Of a stretch of DNA of 64,000 nt, positions 29,398 to 39,241 are shown piece after piece. A program made the translations under genes and the position numbers. Under the pieces are notes generated by a model that was not told the origin of the DNA, did no database searches, and saw only the letters and a program-made list of their open reading frames with translations. This stretch comes from a virus (taxonomy: Duplodnaviria > Caudoviricetes), in IMG/VR virus record IMGVR_UViG_3300031787_000103, positions 1,392-65,391 of that record; one strand, given 5' to 3'. Positions within the stretch are counted from its first letter, which is position 1, and each line of letters begins with the position of its first letter.

Positions 29398-30457
29398 ATG
29401 GAACAAGTAATCGAAATCAGAGGGGCTTGGGATTTATCCGGCTCAGTGTTTATCGGGGACGTGCGTATCTGCGACCTCGAAACAGGTAAAATGAAATGGG
29501 TAAGCGGTGAGCATACTCAGGGCGACTATGACTGGTCAAACCTTTGGAGACCATGATGAAGGTAATGATGTGGCTTGCGGCTTCACTATTCAGGGAGTAT
29601 TGGAGCAAACGATAATGAAACTATGGAAGCTGACATATCGCGTGGGTAACACGGCTCAAACGCTTGTCGAAGGGCCGTACCCCGTGTGTGTCGCAAAGCA
29701 AAATCAACTCAAGGATAACTTAAATTATAGACTCGGAACATGGAAAATCGAATTTTCAAGATTGGCATGATAACCTTCCTACTCGCTGCGGCGGTCGGAA
29801 CAGGAATGGCAGTCGAAAGACAAAGGGTAAAAGAGAACAACCGGAAGTACGTGGATTGTGTGCGTTTCCGCCGTTCACCCTTAGAGGTACGGTGCAAGGA
29901 GTGTGCGTATCTGCTTGACGGACAAGAACAACAAACAAAAATGCCTAAAATCGCAAAGTAATGAGCAAACACACAAAAGGGCCGTGGAGTTTAATTAAAC
30001 AAAACGGATGCAATTTATACGGAGGTAAATCACCGTCAAGCGATTGGTTCATCTTTGAAAACGCGCTTGAAAAAGACGCCAAACTAATCGCCGCCGCACC
30101 GGACTTGTTGGAGGCGTGTATTGAGGCAAAAATGGCGCTTGAGTATCTTGTGGATGAACTTATGCACTCATCCATTGCGAGTGAAGCTATTACCAAACTT
30201 GCTGCCGCCATACAAAAAGCAGAAGGAGGTCAGCCATGAACTACAAACTAATCGAACTGCACCTTAACTCAGCCATCGAAGGCTACATGAGGGAAATAAT
30301 GCAAGTACGCGAAATGCGTACAAAAGGGCTTATTTCCGCTCAGGTTTTCGAGGCAGCGACCGCACCCCTGCAAAGCGCGGTGGATGAGGTGAACTCACTG
30401 TTAAAAGACGTGAAAAAGGCGGCGAAAAAGCCTGAATTGCAACATCCTGAATTTTAA
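29398..30457 (+). CDS. Small hypothetical genes (from 29398; 29614-29770, 29740-29961, 29961-30239, 30236-30457)
   Basis: Coupled ORFs; 29961-30239 has the common phage KHTKGPW...LIAAAPDLLEA pattern. Confidence 0.55.
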
Positions 30458-30550
30458 CAAGTTAGCTTTTTAACAGCCCGTTAACGTAACCCTGTGTTAT
30501 TTTCGCGGGTATAACAACACAAAAAACACGACCGTTTAATACACACAAAC

Positions 30551-30838
30551 ATGAAAACAGACATCCCAAGATTCCCGTTTTACACGCTCCGTAATTACTC
30601 CACGGGTAAAGAATGGACTGTAACCTGCCACCTTTCACCTTTGAAATGCGTGTCGGTGAACGTAGCCAATTACAGCATCGAGGTTGAAGACCGATTGACC
30701 GTGACCACAACCGAGTTTGACAACTATTGCGTAGGCAAATCCGAAGTCGTTGACCGTGAGTACTTCGACAGGGCTTTTGAGCAGACCTTGAAGAACATTG
30801 TAAACCTCGTAGAACCCACAAAAGAAACAGCGCAATGA
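30551..30838 (+). CDS. Hypothetical protein
   Basis: ORF track. Confidence 0.6.
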   Translation: MKTDIPRFPFYTLRNYSTGKEWTVTCHLSPLKCVSVNVANYSIEVEDRLTVTTTEFDNYCVGKSEVVDREYFDRAFEQTLKNIVNLVEPTKETAQ

Positions 30839-31380
30839 ACAAAGAAACAAGAGAAAACATCGAATGGATGAAGTCAGGCGGTATTGGTTGTGTTTTCGCT
30901 CAGGTGATGGCACGGAATCCTGAATCGGTTAATTGGCGAATAGATGCCATATCCGACTACTCAGGCGTAGCGAAAGACACTTTTATTCAATCAATCGTAT
31001 TTCCAAGTATGTCAGCCCAAGAAGTTAGGCAATGGGCATTGGACAACGGGTTTTACCTTGAAAACATAGACGATATGTACGATGGATTGCGAGTGAAAAG
31101 CGGGCAATTCGTGTCTTGGGTTCAATACTTCGGGCCGGATAGCCATGTGAAAACCCGTCAATCTCCCCATGCTATGCTTTCTTTCTGCATGAAACTTCCG
31201 GCTATCTACCACGCAAAAGTGGGGTTTAGCGGCGTTCTACACCTTGCCCACGCATCGGTTCAGTCGCTTTCCGAAAAGGCCAAAGAAGCCATGTGGAAGC
31301 GAAGTTTTGTCCACACAGAGAGAATCTTAGGTCACAAACCAACGGTTGCAGAGGCAGCCAAAACAACATTTGTAAGATGA
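30835..31380 (+). CDS. Hypothetical protein
   Basis: 181 aa; ATGA-coupled to both neighbours. Confidence 0.65.
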   Translation: MNKETRENIEWMKSGGIGCVFAQVMARNPESVNWRIDAISDYSGVAKDTFIQSIVFPSMSAQEVRQWALDNGFYLENIDDMYDGLRVKSGQFVSWVQYFGPDSHVKTRQSPHAMLSFCMKLPAIYHAKVGFSGVLHLAHASVQSLSEKAKEAMWKRSFVHTERILGHKPTVAEAAKTTFVR

Positions 31381-31805
31381 ACGAATACTTAATTATAGGC
31401 CAAGCACCACCCGCTGTTAAGCAGCAAGTGCCATACGACACCACTATGCTTTACGATATGCTTGCGTGGTGCGGAATAAGTCAAATGGATGCCCAAAGTA
31501 TCTTCGAGTTTGAGGCAATGACAGATGAGTTTCCCGGCTTTGGTCAGTCAGGGCATAAAGCGCCGGACAAAAAAAGGATGAGACAGTATTACGATGCTTG
31601 TTTGTATTTTAAGGGAGTACAGGCTAAAGGTGTAATAGTACTTGGTAACGTGGCTAAAGAAGCGTTAACTGAGTTCGGGTTTCAGCACGACAACATTTGT
31701 TACATCATTCACCCAAGCAAGAGGAATTATACAAGGATTATCGCTGAAAAAGAGAAGATAACCACAGCTATTAACAGTGTTTTACAAAAAGGAGGCTTCA
31801 AATGA
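31377..31805 (+). CDS. Uracil-DNA glycosylase-superfamily protein
   Basis: LIIGQAPP, VIVLG.VA and IHPS motifs of the UDG fold. Confidence 0.7.
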   Translation: MNEYLIIGQAPPAVKQQVPYDTTMLYDMLAWCGISQMDAQSIFEFEAMTDEFPGFGQSGHKAPDKKRMRQYYDACLYFKGVQAKGVIVLGNVAKEALTEFGFQHDNICYIIHPSKRNYTRIIAEKEKITTAINSVLQKGGFK

Positions 31806-32223
31806 CCAAAGAAACCGTAAAAATCGACACCCGTTACCCGAAATCGGCACGGTGTATTCAGTCCACATTCACGCCGGACGGATGGAAACAAGCCACATTC
31901 AACGACCTTGCACGGCATCACGCAGGGGCCAAAAAAGAGTCGCTGTTTCAGAGGATAGTCGCAGGGGTGAAAGAAACGATTGACGAGATATGAAAACCAC
32001 TACCCCGAAGAAGATAAGGGCTTTCCCATACGAGCGTTTGAGCCGTGCCCTTGCCTACTTTGAGGACATCGACATGAACCCAAAGAGTGCTATCAAGACC
32101 TTCATGCCTACAAAGAGAAGGTTAATGCAGAAGTTGGACTACGATACCTATGACATGGAAGTGCTTGAAGCGCTTGAGGCTGTTATTGAGAAGTTAAATT
32201 CATTGCACGGCTCGAACGGGTGA
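31802..32223 (+). CDS. Two small hypothetical genes (31802-31993, 31990-32223)
   Basis: Coupled ORFs. Confidence 0.55.
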
Positions 32224-32252
32224 TGTATATTTGAGGCAGTTCTTTGATTTAT

Positions 32253-32558
32253 GGGGCTGACTGGATTTGACAGTCGGAAAGAAGAATGTAGTTCAGGCAG
32301 GTGGCGACCTTACGCACAAGTCAGAAACGACAACAATGTGATTCCTATGTTCCCTTCGTGGAACGGTGTTCAGGCAGCAGCGTAAGCTGTTCACGGCAAC
32401 AGAAAACCTGAAAATGTTTGTCCGAACGTAAAACGGACTGGTGGACACCTCCGGCGATAAGTCGAGGCCCTGTTTGCGGGTATGTCAAACCCGATAAGCC
32501 TGTAAGAAAATGAATTTTGGAAACCGATTGGACGTGGGTTCGACTCCCACCAGCTCCA
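32253..32558 (+). ncRNA. ssrA: tmRNA
   Basis: 5' GGGGCTGACTGGATTTGAC; 3' GACGTGGGTTCGACTCCCACCAGCTCCA; G3-U wobble in the acceptor stem; tag frame 32323-32385 ending QAAA*; TATATTTG promoter at 32226. Confidence 0.93.
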
Positions 32559-32563
32559 CTAAA

Positions 32564-32728
32564 GGACGGGTGTCGTGGATTAACACCCACAGACAGTGTA
32601 TCGCGCGTATGTTGCGGGGGGCCCAACTCAGGGATGACAGAGCACCAGAGGACAACCGTTAAGACAACCACTTCGCGTGAATGAGGAGACAGAGATGTTA
32701 CCGTAGGCAGAACGCCCTACCCCGTCCA
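32564..32728 (+). ncRNA. Candidate tRNA-shaped structured RNA of unknown class
   Basis: 7-bp GGACGGG/CCCGTCC stem plus A, stacked on a 5-bp GTAGG/CCTAC hairpin; additional internal hairpins. Confidence 0.5.
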
Positions 32729-32804
32729 AAAATTAGTGTTTCACTGACAGCCGGAAAGACGGCATTTTTACAAGGCTTTTTGGTTAATAGGTTAATTTAG
32801 GTCG

Positions 32805-32835
32805 AAAGTCCCCGTGAAAAGTCGCGGGGATTTTT
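32805..32835 (+). terminator. Intrinsic terminator of the tmRNA transcript
   Basis: AAAGTCCCCGTGA-AAAG-TCGCGGGGATTTTT. Confidence 0.6.
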
Positions 32836-32849
32836 GTATATTAGCCCCC

Positions 32850-33155
32850 ATGAGTATCAGAGATATAGTCAGAGAAAGTTATCGTGACGCAGGGCTAAAC
32901 CGTTGGGTAGCAAGGAATAAGTCGGTACATCGGACAATCTTGTACTGCCTATTCACCGGAGCAATCGCAGGGGCTTTGCTTGAGTCGCCGGAAATGGTAC
33001 TCTTGTGCGGCGGTTCTTTTGTCCTTTGGCTGTGGATTTTGGCACTTGAGCACATCTACATAGGCCACAAGATTGAGAAGATTATGGATAAATTAAGGGA
33101 GGCCGGATATAACGTATCGTGGGAGGAAGCATGGAGTCAGGCGGGGATAGAGTAA
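32850..33155 (+). CDS. Two-TM membrane protein
   Basis: Hydrophobic pair; -7 box 5 nt upstream. Confidence 0.6.
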   Translation: MSIRDIVRESYRDAGLNRWVARNKSVHRTILYCLFTGAIAGALLESPEMVLLCGGSFVLWLWILALEHIYIGHKIEKIMDKLREAGYNVSWEEAWSQAGIE

Positions 33156-33610
33156 TAGTGGTCGGAATAGACCCCGGAACGTCTGAGTCGGCGTTCTGCC
33201 TGTTCGACGGCGAAAGGTTCGACTACCTTAAATGCTCTAACTCGGAGTTCCTGCCAACCCTTCACGACTACATCAGCTACAAACAGGTTGAAAGAATCTA
33301 CATCGAGGGTATGCAGTCCTATGGCCGTGTAGGAGAAACCACCTTCCAAACCGCTTATTTCGTGGGTAGGTGCTTGGAGTACCTTGAAAGGATTGGCCAT
33401 AAACCGGAAGTAATCAAACGGCACGAAGTCCTATCCCACCACGGCTGCAACAAAAAGAAGGGCTATGTAGGCCCGAAGTCTAAGGACGCGAGGATTAGAA
33501 AGGCTTTAATCGACCGCTTCGGGAACAAAACCAAAGGAATCTACAAGGATTGTTGGTCGGCGGCGGCTATTGCGGTTATGGCTTACGATAGGCTCAAAGC
33601 GAGTTCCTGA
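33119..33610 (+). CDS. RuvC-like Holliday junction resolvase
   Basis: VVGIDPG, IYIEG and D.W.A.AIA motifs; start position uncertain. Confidence 0.75.
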   Translation: MGGSMESGGDRVIVVGIDPGTSESAFCLFDGERFDYLKCSNSEFLPTLHDYISYKQVERIYIEGMQSYGRVGETTFQTAYFVGRCLEYLERIGHKPEVIKRHEVLSHHGCNKKKGYVGPKSKDARIRKALIDRFGNKTKGIYKDCWSAAAIAVMAYDRLKASS

Positions 33611-34138
33611 TCTGATTCTGCCGTGCCTCAAGAAGCAGGGCCGAAAACGTCTCAAACTCACAGTCCGCAGTAATCGGGTATTCCTCGCCCGCCAAAAACA
33701 CCAAAGTAGTGTTCTTTCGTTCCATGCCAAGCGCAATACGAGTTATCTGCGATACATGGATAAGGTGTTTCTGAGGAAGTATCCGTGATGGGTGGCCTTC
33801 TTCCGGTACAAGACCGTCGAAAAGCAAGTCCTCGGAGTATATTTTGCGCCGTGTACTCATAGCCCAAGTTTTTCTCTTATCTCACGTTCAGAACCCCAAA
33901 CCGTGTAAGTCCCGCAGTCGGTTTCGATAGTTGTCTTTTTTTCGGATACCGTGACCTTCTTTGTGTCGTTGTTAACAGCGATGTACGGATACACGGCTGA
34001 AACTTTGTCAATCCGCAAGGTCAACTTGTAGTCAAACGGAATATCAACGGCATCGTCACCGTCAGGCACGGTTGCAACGCTATGTGCGTCAAATGTTACT
34101 GATTTTACGATGTGGATAGGCGACCGGAACTTAATCAT
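33594..34138 (-). CDS. Two small hypothetical genes (33594-33860, 33857-34138)
   Basis: Coupled ORFs. Confidence 0.55.
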
Positions 34139-34554
34139 AGGTGTTTGTCTATTAGAAATGTGTACTTCGCGTATAATTCTTTGTCGTTGGCTGCAATATA
34201 CGCCAATTTTCGCTCCCACGAGTGCTGCAACATCTTGTCTTTGAACTTTCCGTTACCCCACGTATTGTGGCAGTCCACGCACTCAAGGACAATATTATCG
34301 GGGTCAAGCCGGAGGTCTTTTCGCACCCCCTTAGCGATGATATGGCTAAAGTAGGATACGTTAAATTCCCTTAAATGCTTGCCGCAGCTTTCGCAAACGT
34401 GGGCTTTTTTGGCCCAAATGTCTTCAAACATGGCCTTTTCGCCTGTGGGTTTACGTTTTGCGAACCCTTTTGGCTTAGGTTTATCCGCACGGTAGTCTTT
34501 GCACAGGTGTCGGTTGAAATCGGTGCAAAAACATTCTTCTCTTTGGCACTTCAT
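34135..34554 (-). CDS. HNH/zinc-finger endonuclease (NinG/Ref-like)
   Basis: CESCG...SHII...LD.DNIVLECVDCH. Confidence 0.75.
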   Translation of the reverse strand: MKCQREECFCTDFNRHLCKDYRADKPKPKGFAKRKPTGEKAMFEDIWAKKAHVCESCGKHLREFNVSYFSHIIAKGVRKDLRLDPDNIVLECVDCHNTWGNGKFKDKMLQHSWERKLAYIAANDKELYAKYTFLIDKHL

Positions 34555-34629
34555 GGGGCTAAGATAAGTAAAGGGCCGTCTCGTTTGACAGCCCATCACT
34601 TTAAACAATAAACAAAAAACACGGGACTC

Positions 34630-34839
34630 TCACCCCTTGAGAACATACAGAACGTCGTCCTCAAATACTATTCCTTTGGATACCGAGCCTCGGTAGGCGC
34701 TAAAAACGTCTCCGGCCTCTATCTTTTCGCACATATCGCCGACTTCGATAGCCTTGTACCGTGCTACGGGCTTTTTCTTGACCTGAATGAGTGAGTTTTC
34801 TTCTTGCACCTCCTCGCAACGGATGAACCTGTTAATCAT
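34630..34839 (-). CDS. Small GroES-like protein
   Basis: AIEVGD..EKIEAGDVF...EDDVLYVL pattern. Confidence 0.45.
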   Translation of the reverse strand: MINRFIRCEEVQEENSLIQVKKKPVARYKAIEVGDMCEKIEAGDVFSAYRGSVSKGIVFEDDVLYVLKG

Positions 34840-34877
34840 GGGGCTAATGTACTCTTTTTTGGACGGGTTGTCAAGAC

Positions 34878-35812
34878 TTAATCTGTTTTAAGTAGTGCTT
34901 TAACTCCCCAATCAAGGGTTAGCGTGTCTCCCTCTTTCACTTTAGCTGGAAGTCGCTTTTCCTCGTAGTTGACCTTCACGGTTTTCAGTTCTTCCAAGCC
35001 AAACGTCACCTTAGTGATTGTTCCTCTTTCCGGCACAGGGAAGTCGGGGTGATTTATCGCAGACATTTCGTATTCCATCTTCATTCAGGTATAGCACCGT
35101 TCGCAGGTGTGGGTGGGTTATATGGGTGCAAAAGGTAGGGCTATCTGAGAATTAGCGGTAGTGCTACCTAATAGCATCCAAACAATCAAGCATTTTAGTC
35201 TTTGATTTGTTAGGGTTGCAATTTTTTGGGCCAAGCGAATATTTTATTTCTTCAATTTCAAGCCCAGTCAAACTAATTGTAAGGGTATGTGTTGACTTGT
35301 AATAAGGGTCTGAAACAAGCTCGAAATCGTCCCTTTTAAATGTCCCAAACCCACGATGTCCGTTAATAATTGATGCACCCATATACCCTTTTTCATAAGG
35401 CGCACCAATGCCTTTGTTTTCAGTCCATTCAACTAAAGCAATATGGTTGCCGTCTGTAACTATGTCACCTTTTTCAAAGTGCTTATGTTCAGACGCTTCA
35501 TACCTTAGTTTTTGCTCATTTTCGTAAACTCTTTTTAGTTCTTTTAGTTGAGCCTCTAATTTTTCGATTTGTTCTTTCATTTTTTTGATTTAGTTATTCA
35601 ACATTACATCGGTTACAAATTCCTGTGTTTTCATCCTTCCACGCCTCAATCAACACTGCGGCCTTGTCGTCGTCGAGTTCTTTGTCAAGAATCCTTTCCT
35701 CTTGGTTGAGGATTTCGGCGCTGTCGCAAAACACACAAAGGCGAGGCTCGTCTTGATTCCACGGGGCGGACGGGTGGAGGTCTGCCCCGGCGGGGAGTCG
35801 TGGGTCGGTCAT
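34878..35812 (-). CDS. Small hypothetical genes (34878-35084, 35164-35580, 35594-35812)
   Basis: ORF track; the last starts MTDPRLPAGA...APWNQ. Confidence 0.55.
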
Positions 35813-35927
35813 GTTTATCGTATTTGTTCGCCAAATGTAGAACGGACATTCGGGTTTATTGTAAAACGAAATGTTAAAAATGCGGACACGGCTCGAAATG
35901 TTGTATCTTTGGTCAAACAAAACAACC

Positions 35928-36905
35928 ATGTCGCAATCAAAGTGGCCTAAGTTTTTCTTTGAAAACCCACGGGAAGAAGGTGAAGGCACGATGAGTTACT
36001 TGAGGAGAGTCCTCAAAAGAGCGCAGAAAATCAGCGAAGTCAAAGACGAATACGCGCTCAAGACAAAGTACAACAAGTTCGGAAAAGTCGAGTACGTAGA
36101 AGAAGTCCAAGACTACAAAAAAGCCGCAAGAATCCTTGTTTTTGACATCGAAACCGCGCCCTTGAAGGCATGGGTGTGGGGCAAGTGGAAACAGAACATA
36201 TCCGACAGTCAGGTAATTGAAGATTGGTTTATGCTTTGTTGGTCGGCCAAATGGTTGTTTGAGGATTCAACTTTTAGTGCTGTACTTACGCCGGAAGAAG
36301 CCGTAAATCAGGACGATAGGCGCATTACTGAACTCTTGTGGGAGAAGATAAATGAAGCCTCTTGTGTTATAGCGCATAACGCCCACCGATTTGATGTAAA
36401 GCGCGTAAATACACGGTTTCTCATCCACGGTATGCCGCCACCGATGCCGTACAAAGTCATTGATACCTTGCTACACCTTAGAAACCAATTTGCCAATTCG
36501 TCCAACAGGCTTGATAGCATCAATGAAAAGTTGGGACTAAGACGCAAGATTGACACCGGAGGCTTTGACCTTTGGGCTAAGTGCTGCGCGGGTGACGCCG
36601 AGGCGCTGAGACAAATGGAGGTCTACAATATCGGTGACGTTAAGGCTTTGGAGGAACATTACCTGAGAATCAGACCGTGGATTCAACCGCACCCGAATAT
36701 CGGGCTTCATATCCTTGACGGGGTTGAACGGTGTCCTTCGTGCGGGTCAAGCAAACTGCAATGGCAAAGCGATTACCACACCACTGTTAACATCTATTCG
36801 GCGTTCCGGTGTGGGGATTGTGGTTCAACAGGCAGAAGTCGTAAAAGCGCTATTCCGGTTGCCAAACGTGCAGCGATACTTTCCTCTTTGCCTAAATCCA
36901 AATAA
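35928..36905 (+). CDS. DEDD/RNase H-like 3'-5' exonuclease with C-terminal zinc ribbon
   Basis: LVFDIET, AHNAHRFD and YNIGDV exonuclease motifs; CPSCG...CGDCG. Confidence 0.85.
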   Translation: MSQSKWPKFFFENPREEGEGTMSYLRRVLKRAQKISEVKDEYALKTKYNKFGKVEYVEEVQDYKKAARILVFDIETAPLKAWVWGKWKQNISDSQVIEDWFMLCWSAKWLFEDSTFSAVLTPEEAVNQDDRRITELLWEKINEASCVIAHNAHRFDVKRVNTRFLIHGMPPPMPYKVIDTLLHLRNQFANSSNRLDSINEKLGLRRKIDTGGFDLWAKCCAGDAEALRQMEVYNIGDVKALEEHYLRIRPWIQPHPNIGLHILDGVERCPSCGSSKLQWQSDYHTTVNIYSAFRCGDCGSTGRSRKSAIPVAKRAAILSSLPKSK

Positions 36906-36998
36906 GTCAAGTCCGAGGGCCAAAAAGTTTACTCGTTAGCGATAGAGGGCTGAGATTTTCTTGGCCCTTTGCTATTGTTTTTAGCATATATTTGCTAC

Positions 36999-37370
36999 AT
37001 GGCAAAGACGGCGCTATACATTATCATCGCTCTTGGAATACTGTTCCTAACAAGCGTAGGAGGTAATATCTACCTGTGGACACGGCTCGAACGTTCACGT
37101 ATGGACATTCAAAACCTCCGTGAAATACCCACGGCACTTGAGCAGGAGATTAAATTACTCCGTGCAGACAGGGATAGTTCCGAGGCCGTAGTCGAAACAT
37201 TACTCGAAAAGATAGCCCAAAGCGAGGCCGAAGTAGATAAGATTAACAAAGAATTGTCACGTTCAAAAACCAAAAGGAATGAAACACTTAGTAACGCTCG
37301 TACTATGTCTGCTGATGAGCGGCTCGATGATGTCGCAAAGCGGTTATCCAAAGTACCTAAAGCTCCCTGA
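36999..37370 (+). CDS. TM plus coiled-coil protein, probable inner spanin
   Basis: N-terminal TM then coiled coil; overlaps the next gene. Confidence 0.5.
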   Translation: MAKTALYIIIALGILFLTSVGGNIYLWTRLERSRMDIQNLREIPTALEQEIKLLRADRDSSEAVVETLLEKIAQSEAEVDKINKELSRSKTKRNETLSNARTMSADERLDDVAKRLSKVPKAP

Positions 37371-37746
37371 TGGGACGGTAGTAGCGGCGTTTAATCTTGA
37401 GCAATTAGAGGCTATTCAGCGCGTCCTGATTATTTGGGAGGCACTTGAATTTGAAAACTACAAGTTAGAGCGGGCTAATAAGGAACTGACCGAACAGGTA
37501 GAGTTAAAGCAGGAAGTCATTGACGAAAAGGCCACTCAGATTGCCAAATTAGAGGCCGAGGTAAGGATTAGTCAGGGTGTTTCCGATCAGTACAAGGCGT
37601 TATACAACGAACAAAAGGCCGAGACTCAGAAGTGGTCTGTCATGTACAACAAAGAGGTTGTAAAAAAGAAAAGGTGGCGAACCATTGGTATAGTTGCCAC
37701 CCTTGCTGCCGGAGTACAGACGGCTATTCTTGTGCTTTCGCGTTAA
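37279..37746 (+). CDS. Signal-peptide coiled-coil protein with C-terminal hydrophobic tail (spanin partner?)
   Basis: Overlaps the previous gene, as in Rz/Rz1 pairs. Confidence 0.45.
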   Translation: MKHLVTLVLCLLMSGSMMSQSGYPKYLKLPDGTVVAAFNLEQLEAIQRVLIIWEALEFENYKLERANKELTEQVELKQEVIDEKATQIAKLEAEVRISQGVSDQYKALYNEQKAETQKWSVMYNKEVVKKKRWRTIGIVATLAAGVQTAILVLSR

Positions 37747-38527
37747 CTAAGTTGTTAAGTATGTAATTCCGGCACAGTTCTACGCGAGACTTAATCCTGT
37801 CCTCGTAGTCGGTGTCACGGTTAATTGTGAATAGCAGCACCCGTTCCTCAAGAGGCATATCGTGTCTCCAAAGGTCACGGTTTAACACCTCAAGGTCGGT
37901 ATTTGGGTTCTCCTTTCGGAACTGCGCCATGTCAAAGATCATGTTCTTTTCAATCTTGACAAGATGCTCGACAAATCTTTCGTTGTCCTCTGAGGGTTGT
38001 CCCATAGAATACCAAACCTTCTCCTTCTCACGGGTAATCATGTATGCCGGAGCATTGACGAGGCAATAAGCCGTTGACCACTTTTTAGCACCCGTTAGCC
38101 ACATATAGCCACGGTTCTGCCATTCGTAAGAGGCGTCTAATTTCTCGTCCGGCATTGGGAAAGAGTGAATATCCCACGAGCATTTGATGTCGAAACCTGC
38201 CGTTGCAGCCGTGATGGACTCACCGATGTAGCAGTCGGGGTGTCCTGAAATCCACTCATTCTCTACCCTTTCGTCGTTCTTCTTTAGCACGACCGGATTG
38301 CCTGTTAGCTTGAACAGGTATCGTGATAGCAGCGTAATACCGTCCTCCTCTGCCAATACCCCTTTTTCGGTGTACTTTGTGATGTATTCGGGTTCACGGT
38401 CGAAACGTAGGCTACGGTATGTCTTCCTACACTGCGTAATGTGTCCTTTTTGTAGTTCTGTGGCTTTCTCATGGGTCATAATGCTATACAACCCTGAGCA
38501 GCGGAATTTGATGTCTGAGGCGTTCAT
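37724..38527 (-). CDS. YqaJ/lambda-exonuclease-family nuclease
   Basis: GVLAE, SGHPD, DIKCSW and YEWQ..GYMWLTG motifs. Confidence 0.8.
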   Translation of the reverse strand: MNASDIKFRCSGLYSIMTHEKATELQKGHITQCRKTYRSLRFDREPEYITKYTEKGVLAEEDGITLLSRYLFKLTGNPVVLKKNDERVENEWISGHPDCYIGESITAATAGFDIKCSWDIHSFPMPDEKLDASYEWQNRGYMWLTGAKKWSTAYCLVNAPAYMITREKEKVWYSMGQPSEDNERFVEHLVKIEKNMIFDMAQFRKENPNTDLEVLNRDLWRHDMPLEERVLLFTINRDTDYEDRIKSRVELCRNYILNNLVNAKAQE

Positions 38528-38675
38528 TTTTCGTTTGTGTCGTTTATAGCGTGTATTAGTACAATCACAATCAATAAATCAAAGTTACTTGGTTGTATTT
38601 CAAAGAAAAAATACCTCACGAGAAGAATCCCGTAGTACAGAAGAAACGCTATTTTGGTTATTGTGTTGATTGTTA

Positions 38676-39241
38676 TCATTTCTCACCTCCGTATGTTTGG
38701 TTGTAGTATTCAGAACGATTAGAGCATCCGTGTCTGTGTTGGTTCAATGCGTCGCCAAAAGCATTTTCAATCTGCCCCCTCTCCATTTCCTTAGCCTTTT
38801 CAAATAACTCATCCATCATTCCTTGAGTTACCCGAACGTCACCCATTCCTAAGTGATGATTTGAGTCGTGAGCAAGTTTCCTTAATTCTTGCTCAAGCCA
38901 CTCTACCGCCGTTTGGTTTTTCATTTGTTACCTCCTTCTTTTACTTTCAAAAACCCATTGTTGTAAAGATAGGCATAGACAGGCGCTTGATTAAAGTGAA
39001 GCGGCTGACCTTCCCACCAAAATCCCAATTCACCATCTTTGTAGACGGTAAGTGTATACAGTCTTTCTCTCGAGTCAAACACCTTGAACTGTGCGCTGCT
39101 TTTGTTGTACTCACACACTACAAAATCGCTTAATTGTGAAAGCGCTTCTTCTCCTTGTATTTCAGAGTAAACCATATCAAAAAGTTCATACATTGGAACT
39201 ACTCCGTTTTTGTCTTTCGTACAAAGTTTTCTTAAGTTCAT
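38676..39241 (-). CDS. Two hypothetical genes (38676-38924, 38921-39241)
   Basis: QTAVEWL...AKEME..QI motif common in Bacteroidetes phages. Confidence 0.6.

Noticed and set aside
32564-32728. RNase P RNA (3' CAGAAC...CTAC resembles the P4 strand)
   Set aside because: No GAGGAAAGTCC 5' motif, and it is too short.
35928-36905. DNA polymerase
   Set aside because: Only exonuclease motifs and a zinc ribbon are present; there is no polymerase domain.
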